Positions 30,643 through 41,305 of a DNA stretch of 64,000 nucleotides are shown here, in pieces. The notes beneath the pieces were generated by a model. It ran no database searches. It was not told where the DNA came from and saw nothing but the letters and a program-made list of their open reading frames with translations. Origin of the DNA: an uncultured beta proteobacterium (GTDB lineage Bacteria > Pseudomonadota > Gammaproteobacteria > Burkholderiales > Casimicrobiaceae); the NCBI GenBank assembly GCA_963821485.1, contig CAWGEB010000012.1:21517-85516 (forward strand). Direction: 5' to 3'. The first letter of the stretch is position 1. Each line of letters opens with the position of its first letter. The position numbers were made by a program, and so were the translations under genes.

Positions 30643-31533
30643 TCAGGTCCTCAGGTTCTCGTTCAAGAATGCCAGCGTGCGCGACCACGCGAGTTTGGCG
30701 GCGGCCTCGTCGTAGCGCGGCGTCGTGTCGTTGTGAAAGCCGTGATTGGTGTTCGGATACATGAACATCTGGTACTTCACGCCGTTCGCCTTGAGCGCCG
30801 CCTCGTACGCTGGCCAGCCGCCGTTGATGCGCTCGTCGAGGCCCGCGTAGTGGATCATCAGCGGCGCCTTGATCTTCGCCACGCTGTCAGCGCTGGGCTG
30901 GCCGCCGTAGAACGGCACCGCCGCCGCGAGATCCGGCAGTCGCGTCGCAAACAGGTTGACCGTGGTTCCACCGAAGCAGAAGCCCACGGCGCCAATCTTG
31001 CCCGTGCATTCGGGCCGCGCCTTCAGCACCGCGTAGGCGGCGATCAGGTCTTCGGTGCGCTTGGTCGCGTCCAGCGTGCCAAACATCTGCACCGCCTTCT
31101 CTTCATCGCCCGGATATCCGCCGAGGGGCGTGAGCGCGTCCGGCGCGAAGGCGACGAAGTTGGCCAGAGCGAATCGCCGCGTTACATCTTCGATATGCGG
31201 ATTGAGGCCGCGATTCTCGTGGATGACGAGTACCCCTGGCAATTTCCCCGCGGGATTCGCCGGCCGCGCGAAGTATCCGCGCATGGTCCCCGAGCCTTGC
31301 GGCGAAGGGTAGGTCAGATATTCGGTCTTGATGCGCGCGTCGTCCTTGGCAATCTGCTGGCCGAGTGCAAAGTTCGGGCGCAGGCTCTCGAGCATCGCCG
31401 CCGCGGTGAAGCCGCCAACGGCGTATTTGCCCGCGCGATCCAGAAACTCGCGGCGGTCGATCCAGCCGTGGACGTAGCCATCGAACAGATTCAGCACTTC
31501 CTGAGGAAAATCACTTGCTGTCTTGCGTTCCAT
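30643..31533 (-). CDS. dienelactone hydrolase family protein
   Basis: DLH-like (VLVIHENRGLNPHIEDV..., GAVGFCFGG nucleophile elbow, HGFHND). Start MERKTASD at 31533; Tat-like segment DRREFLDRAG. Confidence 0.75.
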   Translation of the reverse strand: MERKTASDFPQEVLNLFDGYVHGWIDRREFLDRAGKYAVGGFTAAAMLESLRPNFALGQQIAKDDARIKTEYLTYPSPQGSGTMRGYFARPANPAGKLPGVLVIHENRGLNPHIEDVTRRFALANFVAFAPDALTPLGGYPGDEEKAVQMFGTLDATKRTEDLIAAYAVLKARPECTGKIGAVGFCFGGTTVNLFATRLPDLAAAVPFYGGQPSADSVAKIKAPLMIHYAGLDERINGGWPAYEAALKANGVKYQMFMYPNTNHGFHNDTTPRYDEAAAKLAWSRTLAFLNENLRT

Positions 31534-31631
31534 AGGAGTCGCTCCGTTGCGGGCAATTGCGCCGGCAGTCATTGTAGCCTGCGTGCCCGGTGGGATAAAG
31601 TCGCCTACCTGCTCACTGCCGGAGGTTGCTC

Positions 31632-32252
31632 ATGCTCGTCGTCTGGGGAAGGAACAATTCGGTCAATGTCCAGAAAGTGCTGTGGTGCTGCGAGGAGATG
31701 GCGATCGGCTACGAGCGTATCGATGCCGGCATGGCTTTCGGGGTCGTGAACACGCCGCAGTATCGCCAACTCAATCCCAACGGCCTGGTACCGACGATCG
31801 AGGACGACGGCTTCGTGCTGTGGGAGTCCAACGCCATCGTCCGCTATCTGGCGGCGAAGCATGCCGCCGGCGGCCTCTGGCCGGTGGATCTCAATACGCG
31901 AGCCGAGGCCGATCGCTGGATGGACTGGCAGCTCACCACGTTCTGGCCCGCCATGCGCGGTCTGTTCCTGGGGCTCGTCCGGACCGCACCGGACAAGCGC
32001 GATCCGCGCGCGCTGGAGGATTCGCGGCTGAAGAGCGCGGAGGTGCTTCAGGTCGTCGACGCGCACCTCAGGACGCACGAGTACCTGGCGGGAAACAAGT
32101 TCACGATGGGCGATATTCCGCTCGGCTGCGGCGTCTGGCGCTGGATGGCTCTGCCGATCGAACGCCCGGCACTGCCCAACCTGCAACGGTGGTTCGACAC
32201 CCTGGCGCGCCGACCCGCGTACCAGAAGTTCGTCATGCTGCCGCTAAGTTGA
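31632..32252 (+). CDS. glutathione S-transferase
   Basis: GST N- and C-domains (SVNVQKVLW..., ESNAIVRYLA). Confidence 0.8.
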   Translation: MLVVWGRNNSVNVQKVLWCCEEMAIGYERIDAGMAFGVVNTPQYRQLNPNGLVPTIEDDGFVLWESNAIVRYLAAKHAAGGLWPVDLNTRAEADRWMDWQLTTFWPAMRGLFLGLVRTAPDKRDPRALEDSRLKSAEVLQVVDAHLRTHEYLAGNKFTMGDIPLGCGVWRWMALPIERPALPNLQRWFDTLARRPAYQKFVMLPLS

Positions 32253-32257
32253 AATGC

Positions 32258-32617
32258 CTACGCGGCGACGAGAATCTTGAATCCGCCATAGATCAGGCGC
32301 TTGCCGTCGAAAGGAATCTTCTTCAGGTCCATCATGTTGGCCAGTCGCGGATCGGCCATCACTTTGGCATTGACGCGATCGCGATGCGCGCGCGACTTGT
32401 ACACGATCCACGAGAACACCACCGTCTCGCCAGGCTTGAGCTTGACGCTGCGCGGAAACGACGTGAGCTTGCCGACTTTGACGTCGTCGCTTATCCACTC
32501 CTTGTAGTCGAGGGCGCCATGCTCGCGCCAGACTTTCCCGGCCAACCTCGCCAAGCGCCGGTACGCCGGCAGATTTTTCATGGGTACCGGGACCACAAAG
32601 CCGTCAACGTAGCTCAT
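32258..32617 (-). CDS. DUF1428 family protein
   Basis: 119 aa; MSYVDGFVVPVP..., typical of DUF1428. Confidence 0.75.
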   Translation of the reverse strand: MSYVDGFVVPVPMKNLPAYRRLARLAGKVWREHGALDYKEWISDDVKVGKLTSFPRSVKLKPGETVVFSWIVYKSRAHRDRVNAKVMADPRLANMMDLKKIPFDGKRLIYGGFKILVAA

Positions 32618-32675
32618 CGTGCCTCCAGGTTCGTCGAGTGCTCGTAAACCGCCGTTCGCCTTGTCGCGTGTGTCG

Positions 32676-33203
32676 CTACTTTTCCGCGACGGCCTTGAGA
32701 TTGGCGAGGCCCTTTTCGAAGTCCTTGCCGATCATGCTGTCCATGCTGGCGAAGATTCCCATGACTTTGGCGAAGTAGGGAACGGGGCCGGACATGACCC
32801 AACTCACGTTGGTGGTGTCGCCCTTCGGCTCCAGGCTGAACTCGGTGATGTCGTGGCCTTCGAAGGGCTTGATGAAATCCAGCTTGATCACGACTTTCGA
32901 CGACGGCGTCGAATCGGCGATTTCCATGCGTCCCTCGCCGACCTTGTTGTCGCCTTGCCACGCATACGCGGCGCCCTTGCCGGACGCCGCACCGCTGAAG
33001 GTCTTCTTCATCGCCGGGTCCAGCTTCTCCCACGGCGACCAGGCATCCCAGCGATGGAAGTCGTCGATGAGCGCGTAGATCTTCTCGGGCGGGGCCTTGA
33101 TCGTCGTCGTGCGCTCGACGCGAAAACTGTCTGGCCGGGTGGCCGCATAACCGAGAATCGCAGCGACCAGGACGACGATGATGATGGCGATGGTCTTGAG
33201 CAT
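32676..33203 (-). CDS. SRPBCC (START/polyketide-cyclase-like) family protein with N-terminal membrane anchor
   Basis: MLKTIAIIIVVLVAAILGY anchor, then an SRPBCC-like fold signature (IYALIDDFHRWDAWSPW). Confidence 0.7.
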   Translation of the reverse strand: MLKTIAIIIVVLVAAILGYAATRPDSFRVERTTTIKAPPEKIYALIDDFHRWDAWSPWEKLDPAMKKTFSGAASGKGAAYAWQGDNKVGEGRMEIADSTPSSKVVIKLDFIKPFEGHDITEFSLEPKGDTTNVSWVMSGPVPYFAKVMGIFASMDSMIGKDFEKGLANLKAVAEK

Positions 33204-33213
33204 GGAGCCCTCC

Positions 33214-33633
33214 CTAGTTGTTGGCCTTGCCTCCACTGATCATCCAGCGCGTGCCGAAGCGGTCGACGACCATGCCGAAGGTTTCGACCCAGAACGTCTT
33301 CTCATAGGGCATCACCACGCGGCCACCGGCGCCCAGCGCGTCGAAGATCCGCTTGCCCTCGGCCACCGTCGGGTAGGTCAGCGACAGCGAGAATCCGTGC
33401 ATTCCCTCGTAGGGCTTGCCGGCCATCGCGTCGGATGCCATCAACACGCCGCCGTCGAGGACCAGACGGGCGTGCATGATGCGATCGGCGGACCCGGGAG
33501 GAGATTGCGCGGCCATCGGCGACTGTGCGTGCGTCATCATCATTTCGATCTTGCCGCCCAGCGTGCGCTCGTAGAAACGCATCGCTTCGGCGCAGGTGCC
33601 ATCGAAGAACAGGTAGGCATTGAGTTGGGTCAT
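33214..33633 (-). CDS. VOC/glyoxalase-family protein (PhnB/YjdN-like)
   Basis: MTQLNAYLFFDGTCAEAMRFYERTLGG..., 139 aa. 10 nt upstream of the SRPBCC gene. Confidence 0.75.
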   Translation of the reverse strand: MTQLNAYLFFDGTCAEAMRFYERTLGGKIEMMMTHAQSPMAAQSPPGSADRIMHARLVLDGGVLMASDAMAGKPYEGMHGFSLSLTYPTVAEGKRIFDALGAGGRVVMPYEKTFWVETFGMVVDRFGTRWMISGGKANN

Positions 33634-33719
33634 GGTATCTCCTGTCTGCGTAGTTGCAATCGGAAGCTGTCGTGACGCGACTGGGACATCTGCGCGACCT
33701 CCGCTAGGTCCCTTTCGTG

Positions 33720-34929
33720 TCAGTCGTCGATCGCCTGGTACGCTGACGTCCAGAAATCCTGGCAGACATCCGGCGGGCTGGGCGATGTCCACAGACGTTG
33801 GGTCATCAGGATTCCGATGAGTCCCTCGCTTGGATCAGAATACCAGGACGTGCCGTAGCCGCCATCCCAGCCGTAGCGTCCGGGAACCGCCGCAACGTTG
33901 TCGCGTCGGGTGACGATCGACAAACCGAGCCCCCAGCCGCGGCTGTCCCAGAATCCGGGAGCGAAGGGCGACGCCGCCTTCTGCGCCGGCGTGAGCTGGT
34001 CGGTGATCATCGCCTCGCACGGCCGGACGCGACAGGATCCGCTGATGGCCCAGGTTGCCATGATTCAACATCATCTGGGCGAAGGCAAGATAGTCGTCGA
34101 CCGTCGAGACCAGCCCGGCGCCGCCATCCTGGAATGCGGGCGGGCGGCTCCATTGGCTGTTGTCGACGCCATCGAAGATTTCGAGTTCTCCGGTCGCGGC
34201 GTGGAACTGGTAGCAGGTCGCCAGCCGGCCGAGCTTCGCTGCGGGCACGACGAATCCGGTGTCCTTCATGCCCAGCGGCGTGAAAATCCGCTCGCTCAGA
34301 AACGTTTCCAGCGTCTGGCCGGCGGCGCGCGCGATCAGCACGCTCAGCACGTGAAATCCGGTGTTGTACATCCACTTCTCGCCGGGCTGGTGCATCAGCG
34401 GGAGCGTTGCAAAGCGGCGGAGCCATTCGTCGGGTGCGTGCGGTGTCGGCGGCGTCGGTGGCCCGAGCGTCAGCACCTGAAGCTTGTTCACGGCCTGCTG
34501 GATCGGCATGAGGCCTGGCGCCATGATGTAGCCGAAGCCGAGGCGGAAAGTGAGCAGATCGCGCACGGTGATCGGCCGGTGCGCGGGCACGGTCGCGTCG
34601 AGCGGTCCGTCGAGCCGCTGCAGGACCTTGCGATTGGCGAGTTCGGGCAGCAGCCGCTCTACCGGCTCGTCGAGCCGCAGCTTGCATTCCTCGACCAGGA
34701 CCATCGCCGCGACGGCGGTGATCGGCTTGGTCATCGAGGTGATACGAAAGATCGTGTCGCGCCGCATCGGCGTGCCGCCGATGGCCTGCCGCCCGATGGC
34801 GTCGACGTGCACTTCGCCGCGCCGGCTGACGAGCGTGACCAGCCCCGGCAGGTCGCCGCGCGCGACGTGGCCGGCCATCACCTTGTGCATGCGGGCCAGG
34901 CGCGGGGTCGACCACCCACCATAGTTCAT
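33720..34929 (-). pseudogene. serine hydrolase / class C beta-lactamase-family protein, frameshifted near 34017
   Basis: SxxK motif (SMTKPIT). The main frame reads to ...MMLNHGNLGHQRILSRPAV, then nonsense. The C-terminus (EAMITDQLTPAQK...GWGLGLSIV...GRYGWDGGYGTSWYSDP...) is in ORF 33720..34061. The reverse strand reads GCC GTG C GAG GCG ATG. The span is 1210 nt (3n+1). Confidence 0.8.
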
Positions 34930-35146
34930 CGCGCGGTTTGCTCCGGATGCCGTCAGTAGCGCACGACAGCCCGATGCGCGACAGCGGCACGAACGTCCAA
35001 GTTTCACTCCATCTGCAATGAAGGTAACGGAAGAGCGATGCGGCAACTTTTTCCCGCCGGCCGGATATTGGACCATATCCCGGCGCGGCTGTGGCCATCG
35101 TGGAATTTCGGATAATCTTGCGGAGACTCAAAACCAGGAGCCGGTC

Positions 35147-35966
35147 GTGACCGATCTCAATCCGCAGGGCAAGCAGATGGCCGACGAATCGATGGTGCGC
35201 AATCTGTCGGCGCAGGCGCAGGCCATCTGGCCGCAGGAAGCCCCCTTGCTGCGCCGCTACGCGCTTGCCGGTGGCGCCACGCATTCTCGACGCCGGCTGC
35301 GGTACGGGCGAGGCCGCGGCGCGGCTGGCGGAACTGTTTCCACGGGCGCGCGTTCTCGGCGTCGACATCATCGATGCGCACCTGGAACTCGCGCGATCGC
35401 GCTTTGCCGCGCTCGGCTCGCGCGTGAGCTTCGAGCACCAGAGCATTTTCGCGCTCGACGCGGCCGAGCACAGCTTCGACCTCACCGTCTGCCGTCACGT
35501 GCTGCAATCGATTCCCCACGCCGATCAGGTGCTCGCCGAACTCGCGCGGGTCACGCGGCGCGGCGGGTACCTGCACGTCATCGCCGAAGACTACGGCATG
35601 CTGCACTTCCAGCGCGGCGCGCTCGACCCTCGCGACTTCTGGCACGTCGCGCCGCCGAGCTTCGCGGCCGCGACTGGGACCGACCTGTACATCGGCCGCA
35701 ACATCTTCGGTATTCTGGCCGCGATGGGCCTCGAGCAGATCACCATCGACTACATCGTCGTCGACACGCTGCGGGTGCCGCGCGCGACCTTCGCGGCGAT
35801 CTTCGAGGCGTGGCGCGACGGCTACGCCGAAGCGATCGGCGAGTTCACGCCGATCACGCGCGAGTCGGCCATCGCGTACTTCAACCAGATGATCGCCAAC
35901 GTCCTCGACCCGCGCGGATACGCAGTGTGGATGGTCCCGGTCGTGAGCGCCAGGGTGCCCGCCTGA
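35147..35966 (+). pseudogene. class I SAM-dependent methyltransferase, frameshifted near 35265
   Basis: GTG 35147 sits 6 nt after AGGAG. The N-terminus (VTDLNPQGKQMADESMVRNLSAQAQAIWPQEAPLLRRYAL) is in one frame. Motif I onward (PVAPRILDAGCGTGE...) is in the next. The span is 3n+1, and removing one T of CTTG restores ..RRYALPVAPRILD... Confidence 0.7.
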
Positions 35967-36008
35967 GCCGGGTCAGACACGATTTTCGCGGCGTCTGGCG
36001 CCGTGCGG

Positions 36009-36620
36009 CTACGCCGGCGGTTGCGTCGCGACCATCGAGTCGCGGGCACTGAAGCGCTCGAACCACGCCGCCGCATTCGGGTGGCGCTCCCGCCACGCCA
36101 GGGTCGAGAAGCGAAAATCGAGATAGCCGAGCGCGCACCCGAACGCGATCGTGCCCAGGTCGACCCGATCGCCGAAACCGGCAGCGTGCTTTTCGATCGA
36201 GTCGAGCGCGCTCGCGACCTTGTCGAGTTGTCCTTTTGTCCAGTCGTGCCAGCGCAGTGCTTCGGGTCGCACGAAGGTCTCGTAACGCGCGAGCAGCGCG
36301 GCGTCCAGGATGCCGTCGGCCAGCGACTGCTCGACCAGCACGCTCCAGCGCGCGGATCCGGCGCGCGGAATCAGCCTGCCACCGCCCTGATCGTCGAGGT
36401 ACTCCACGATCACCCGGCTGTCGTAGAGCACGGTGCCGTCGTCGGTGAAGAAGGTCGGGGCCTTGCCCAGCGGATTGTGCGCGACGATCGCCGGGTCGCG
36501 ATTGATCGGATTCGCATTTGCGGGAAGGCGCTCGATGCGCCCTTCCAGGCCGAGCTCAAGGGCGCAGACCATGCACTTGCGGACGTATGGCGACGTGGCG
36601 GAATAGAAGATCTTCAACAT
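36009..36620 (-). CDS. glutathione S-transferase
   Basis: MLKIFYSATSPYVRKCM..., GST fold, 203 aa. The listed 398-aa ORF is an upstream over-extension. Confidence 0.8.
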   Translation of the reverse strand: MLKIFYSATSPYVRKCMVCALELGLEGRIERLPANANPINRDPAIVAHNPLGKAPTFFTDDGTVLYDSRVIVEYLDDQGGGRLIPRAGSARWSVLVEQSLADGILDAALLARYETFVRPEALRWHDWTKGQLDKVASALDSIEKHAAGFGDRVDLGTIAFGCALGYLDFRFSTLAWRERHPNAAAWFERFSARDSMVATQPPA

Positions 36621-36710
36621 TCGCTCCCGGTTACGGTGGATGGCCTGGCCGGCACTCCCCTGCAGCGCGATAAGATAGCAGATCGTCGCGGCGCTTCGTC
36701 TTGCGCTACC

Positions 36711-37427
36711 ATGGCGACCACTCGAGACGACTCCGTGGATTCCGATCAGACCCTTCGCCGCGACGTCGCGCTCGCCAATCGCATCATCGAGCGCACCGGG
36801 CTGTCCAAGGTGTTCGGCCACGTCAGCGCACGCGTTCCGGGCACCGACACCTTCCTGCTGCCGACGCGTCGCTCGCCGCGACTCGCCGATGAGGACAACC
36901 TGCTCGTGCTCGATTTCGACGGCAAGCTGCGCGCGGGCGAAGGGACGCCCAACAGCGAGCTGTGGATTCATGCCCGGGCGTACGCGGCGCGGCCGGAACT
37001 CGGCGCGGTAGTGCACGCGCATCCACCGGCCTGCGTGTGCCTGACGCAGATCGGGCAACCGCATCGCATCGTGCACAATCAGGGCGGGGCGTTCTGCAGC
37101 GGCGTCGCCGAATACGATCGCGTCGGGCTCATCCGTACGCGCGAGCTGGGGGATCAGCTCGCGGCGAGCCTCGGCGACAGTGCGGCGGTCTTGATGCGCG
37201 GGCACGGCATCACCACCGTCGCCGCCGACGTGCGCACGGCGACCGTCGCGGCGTGCTTCCTGGAAGAGAGCGCCGAGCTGCAGTTGCGCATGCTTGCCGC
37301 AACCGGCGGCGACGCGACGCGCATCCGCGTGTTCACGCGCGAAGAGGCCGAGCGCGTGAGCGACCAGCTCTCGCCCGGTATCGTCGACCGCGCGTGGGAA
37401 TACTACGCGGCGATTACCGCGCGCTAG
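36711..37427 (+). CDS. class II aldolase/adducin family protein
   Basis: FGHVSARVP..., VVHAHPP..., MRGHGITTV metal-binding His motifs. 238 aa. Confidence 0.8.
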   Translation: MATTRDDSVDSDQTLRRDVALANRIIERTGLSKVFGHVSARVPGTDTFLLPTRRSPRLADEDNLLVLDFDGKLRAGEGTPNSELWIHARAYAARPELGAVVHAHPPACVCLTQIGQPHRIVHNQGGAFCSGVAEYDRVGLIRTRELGDQLAASLGDSAAVLMRGHGITTVAADVRTATVAACFLEESAELQLRMLAATGGDATRIRVFTREEAERVSDQLSPGIVDRAWEYYAAITAR

Positions 37428-38404
37428 TCGGCAGTGGCGCCCGTGCGCCGCACGAGATCACCGTATTTCACCGCGTCGGCGCGAATCTCGGCCGCGAGCT
37501 GCTCCGGCGTTTCCGGCGCAGGATCGAAACCGAGCGTGCGCATCTGCTGCAGGATCTCCGGGTCGGCAAGTACCTTGTTCACGTCGGCGTTGATCTTGCG
37601 CACGACGTCGGGCGGCGTTCCGCGCGGCGCGAGAATGGCGAGCCAGGCGCCGACGGACATCGTCGCGGGTCCGCCCGCTTCCGCCAGCGTCGGCACGTCG
37701 GGCTGGACCTTCGAACGCTGCGGGGCGGCGATGGCGATCAGCTTGATGCGCCCGGCCTGCATCAACGGCAGCGCCGAGCCCAGCGTCGTGAACGCCCAGC
37801 CGACGTCGCCGTTGGCGATGCCGACATACATCTGCGACTGATCCTTGTAGGGCGCATGGATCATTTTCGTGCCGGTGAGGAATTCGAATTCTGCGCTGCC
37901 CAGATGCGACGGACTGCCGACGTACGATGAACCATACGAAACCGCGCCCGGATCCTTCTTCGCCGCGGCGATGAGCGCCGGCACCGACGGATACGGCCCC
38001 GCCGTCGCGACCGCCAGATAGAACGGCGTGTGATAGAACATCGCCACCGGCACGAAGTCGTTCTGTGGGTCGTACGGCAGCTTCTTGTACAGGGCCGGGT
38101 TGATCGCGACGTGCGCGTCGCTCGCGACCAGCAGATCGTGGCCATCGGGCACGGCGCTTTTCACCGTTTCGATGGCGATGAAGCCGCTGGCCCCGGGCTT
38201 GGCGTCGACGATGACGGGCTGTCCCCAGAGCTTGGACAACTTCTCCGCGACGGCGCGCGTGAACGTCGCCGGCGCCGCGCCCGCGGAATACGGGGCGGTG
38301 ATTTTCACCGGCCGGGAAGGGAACGATTGCGCCAGGGTAGCGTCGGCAACGCCCAGCCACGCGGCAATCAAGACGAGAGTGCGAAACCAGGCCAGGCGCT
38401 TCAT
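37424..38404 (-). CDS. Bug-family (TctC-like) tripartite tricarboxylate transporter substrate-binding protein
   Basis: Signal peptide MKRLAWFRTLVLIAAWLGVADATLA, FPSRPVKITAPYSAGAA..., 326 aa. No TctA/TctB partner nearby. Confidence 0.85.
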   Translation of the reverse strand: MKRLAWFRTLVLIAAWLGVADATLAQSFPSRPVKITAPYSAGAAPATFTRAVAEKLSKLWGQPVIVDAKPGASGFIAIETVKSAVPDGHDLLVASDAHVAINPALYKKLPYDPQNDFVPVAMFYHTPFYLAVATAGPYPSVPALIAAAKKDPGAVSYGSSYVGSPSHLGSAEFEFLTGTKMIHAPYKDQSQMYVGIANGDVGWAFTTLGSALPLMQAGRIKLIAIAAPQRSKVQPDVPTLAEAGGPATMSVGAWLAILAPRGTPPDVVRKINADVNKVLADPEILQQMRTLGFDPAPETPEQLAAEIRADAVKYGDLVRRTGATAD

Positions 38405-38494
38405 GTTCGGATCCCGGAGATCGGCGTGCCGTCGCGCGGCACGCCCGCGTTGACTGGAAGTATCGCGGAATGCATTCGGTCCTACAATGGCGGC

Positions 38495-39388
38495 ATGACC
38501 ATCGAATTCGTCGACACGCCCCTGCTGCGCATCGGCTACGAGCGCTCGGGCCCTGCGGGCGGCTTTCCCATCGTGCTCGTGCACGGCTGGCCGGACGATG
38601 CGCGCACCTGGGACCCGGTCCTGCCGGCGCTGCACGATGCGGGCTATCGCACGTACGTGCCGTGGCTGCGCGGTTGCGGTCCGACCCGGTTCCTGCGCGA
38701 TGACAGCTTTCGCAGCGGCCAACTCGTCGCACTGGGCCAGGATCTGGTCGACTTCACGTCCGCGCTGGATCTCGGCCCGCATGCATTGATCGGGCACGAC
38801 TGGGGTGCGCGCGCCGCGTACATCGCCTCGGCGCTCGACCGATCGAGCATTCGCGCCTGCGTGGGCATGTCCGTCGGCTACGGCACCAACTCGCCCCAGC
38901 AGAAACTGACCTACGCGCAGACCCAGAACTACTGGTACCACTGGCTGATGGCGACGCCGCGCGGCAAGGCGCTCGTGCACGAGGATCGCCGTGCGTTCAC
39001 GCGTCACGTCTGGAACGAGTGGTTCGTCGCCTATACGCCGGACGCGGCCGAGTTCGAGCGCACGGCGGCCTCCTTCGACAACCGCGATTGGGCCGACATC
39101 GTCGTCCATTCCTACTGCGCGCGATGGAACCACGCGGCGCCCGATCCTTACTATGCGGACCTGGAACGACGCTTCGATCCTGCGCCGAAGCAGAAGGTGC
39201 CTACGCTCACCCTGCACGGTGCACTCGACCCGGTCAATTCACCGCAGACGAGCGAAGGCAAGGAAGCGTTCTTCACGGGGCCATACGAACGGCGGCTGAT
39301 CGAAGGCGCCGGCCACTTTCCGCAGCGGGAGCGCAGTGCGGCGACGGCGCAGCACCTGATCGAATGGCTGAAGCGATATGGGGGTTGA
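38495..39388 (+). CDS. alpha/beta hydrolase (epoxide-hydrolase/haloalkane-dehalogenase-like)
   Basis: LVHGWPDD and GHDWGA nucleophile motif, with a C-terminal GAGHFPQ. Confidence 0.8.
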   Translation: MTIEFVDTPLLRIGYERSGPAGGFPIVLVHGWPDDARTWDPVLPALHDAGYRTYVPWLRGCGPTRFLRDDSFRSGQLVALGQDLVDFTSALDLGPHALIGHDWGARAAYIASALDRSSIRACVGMSVGYGTNSPQQKLTYAQTQNYWYHWLMATPRGKALVHEDRRAFTRHVWNEWFVAYTPDAAEFERTAASFDNRDWADIVVHSYCARWNHAAPDPYYADLERRFDPAPKQKVPTLTLHGALDPVNSPQTSEGKEAFFTGPYERRLIEGAGHFPQRERSAATAQHLIEWLKRYGG

Positions 39389-39390
39389 AT

Positions 39391-39720
39391 CTAGCGGTTG
39401 ATGAGGCGCCTGAAAAGCGACGCGAGCACGGACCGTCTTTTCGGCAGCCGCCCCGGCATGGGGTCGAAATAGCGGCGGTGGACATAGCACCAGCCCCAGG
39501 TTTCGCCTCGCTCGAGCGAGCTGATCATCGGGTGTCCCGTGCTCTTGAAATGGGCGAGCGCATGGGCGTATGCCGAATCCTCGCAACAGCCGACATGGCC
39601 GCAGGAAAGACACACCCGAAGCTCGTTCCATTTGGCGCCGAGTGCAATGCATTCTTCGCAGCCGTTCGAGCGCGCCTGCACGTTCATGATGGCGCTGAAG
39701 TGCTCGCAAGGCTCATTCAT
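39391..39720 (-). CDS. UBP-type zinc-finger domain protein
   Basis: CEEC...CLSCGHVGCC...H..H pattern; 109 aa. Confidence 0.7.
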   Translation of the reverse strand: MNEPCEHFSAIMNVQARSNGCEECIALGAKWNELRVCLSCGHVGCCEDSAYAHALAHFKSTGHPMISSLERGETWGWCYVHRRYFDPMPGRLPKRRSVLASLFRRLINR

Positions 39721-39979
39721 GATTGGATGTCCGGGAATTCATGGGCGTTCGCGGGCGCTCTCGGCGACCATTGTACGTACGCCGTGGGGTGCCGTATGGC
39801 GCATATTCTAGCCGTCACGCTCCGATTCGATGCAGCGCAGCGGCGGCTCAACCGCGCTCCGGAACGAGTTGGCGAAGCCAGCTTGTCGCGGCAACCGCCT
39901 GACGCAGCCAGGGCAGTCGTCGTATCATGGACACAGTCTTCCGGTCGTATTTGCGACGACCTAGCCTAGGGAGATCCAG

Positions 39980-40489
39980 ATGCTCGGCTTGACGCAACTC
40001 GGCATCGTTCACACTGCAATCAGCCTGGTTGCGGTGGTCGCTGGCGCGATCGCGCTTATTCGAGACAAGAGAATATCCTCGCGGAACCTGGTTGGCAGGA
40101 TCTATATCGTCACGACCATGTTTACCTGCCTGACCGGCTTCGGCATCTTTCAGCATGGTGGCTTTGGCAAGCCGCACGCCCTGGGCATCATCACGCTCGT
40201 CGTGCTGGGGATCGCGTGGCTGGCGGGCAAGACGAACATGTTCGGACGACTGTCAGCATATGTCGAGACCGTCGGCTACTTGGCGACGTTCCTGTTCCAC
40301 ATGATCCCCGGCATTACCGAAACGACGACGCGGGTGCCCCTGGGCGCACCGTTGCTGCCGAACGCTGATGCCCCCCAGCTGCAGGTCGCCTCCGGCGTGT
40401 TGTTCTTGCTGTTCCTGATTGGCGCGACGCTGCAGGTGCGGGCACTGCGGGCCGGGCGCGCAACCGACGTACGGCCGAAGAATGGCTGA
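39980..40489 (+). CDS. hypothetical polytopic membrane protein
   Basis: 169 aa with 4-5 hydrophobic helices. ATG preceded by GGGAGA. No family recognised. Confidence 0.6.
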   Translation: MLGLTQLGIVHTAISLVAVVAGAIALIRDKRISSRNLVGRIYIVTTMFTCLTGFGIFQHGGFGKPHALGIITLVVLGIAWLAGKTNMFGRLSAYVETVGYLATFLFHMIPGITETTTRVPLGAPLLPNADAPQLQVASGVLFLLFLIGATLQVRALRAGRATDVRPKNG

Positions 40490-40552
40490 GATCGGCGACG
40501 AATTCGGCCGATGGCCGCGTCGCGAGTCGAGGATCCGCTGGCGAGGGAATGC

Positions 40553-41254
40553 ATGATCACGATCAGACAAGCGGCAGCGCGCGGCGTTGCCAACTTCGGC
40601 TGGCTCGACAGCCGGCACACGTTCTCCTTCGGCGACTACTACGATCCGGGACACATGGGCTTCGGCCCGTTGCGGGTGATCAACGAAGACCGCGTCAGTC
40701 CCGGCCAGGGATTCGGCACCCACGGGCACCGCGACATGGAGATCATCTCCTACGTTCTTGAAGGCGCGCTCGAGCACAAGGACAGCATCGGCACAGGGTC
40801 GGTGATCCGGCCGGGCGACGTCCAGGTCATGTCCGCCGGTACCGGGATCCGTCACAGCGAATACAACCACTCGAAATCCGAGCCGGTGCATTTTCTGCAG
40901 ATCTGGGTCGTGCCGGCGCGTGAAGGCATTTCCCCGCGCTACGAACAGAAGACTTTTTCGCGTGCGGACAAGCGCGGCCGTTTCCGCCTTGTGGGGTCGG
41001 CCGACGGACACGACGGCTCTGTCGTCATTCATCAGGACGTGGAGCTGCGCGCCGCCGTGCTCGATGCGGGCGAACAGGTGACGAACTCGCTCCCGGCGGG
41101 ACGCAAGGGCTGGCTGCAGGTGCTGCGCGGCGCGCTGACGCTGAACGGGCAGGACCTGGCCGTTGGCGACGGCGCGGCGATCGAAGGGGAGTCGGCGCTG
41201 ACGGTGAAAGCGAGCGTCGACGGCACGGAAGTCCTGCTGTTCGACCTGCCCTAG
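40553..41254 (+). CDS. pirin family protein
   Basis: Cupin metal site [15 protein letters not shown]...H.E; bicupin length of 233 aa. Confidence 0.85.
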   Translation: MITIRQAAARGVANFGWLDSRHTFSFGDYYDPGHMGFGPLRVINEDRVSPGQGFGTHGHRDMEIISYVLEGALEHKDSIGTGSVIRPGDVQVMSAGTGIRHSEYNHSKSEPVHFLQIWVVPAREGISPRYEQKTFSRADKRGRFRLVGSADGHDGSVVIHQDVELRAAVLDAGEQVTNSLPAGRKGWLQVLRGALTLNGQDLAVGDGAAIEGESALTVKASVDGTEVLLFDLP

Positions 41255-41305
41255 GGCGGAGTTCGACGTGCTGGAAGGTGAGCTGCGGCAAGCGATGCTT
41301 GACAC

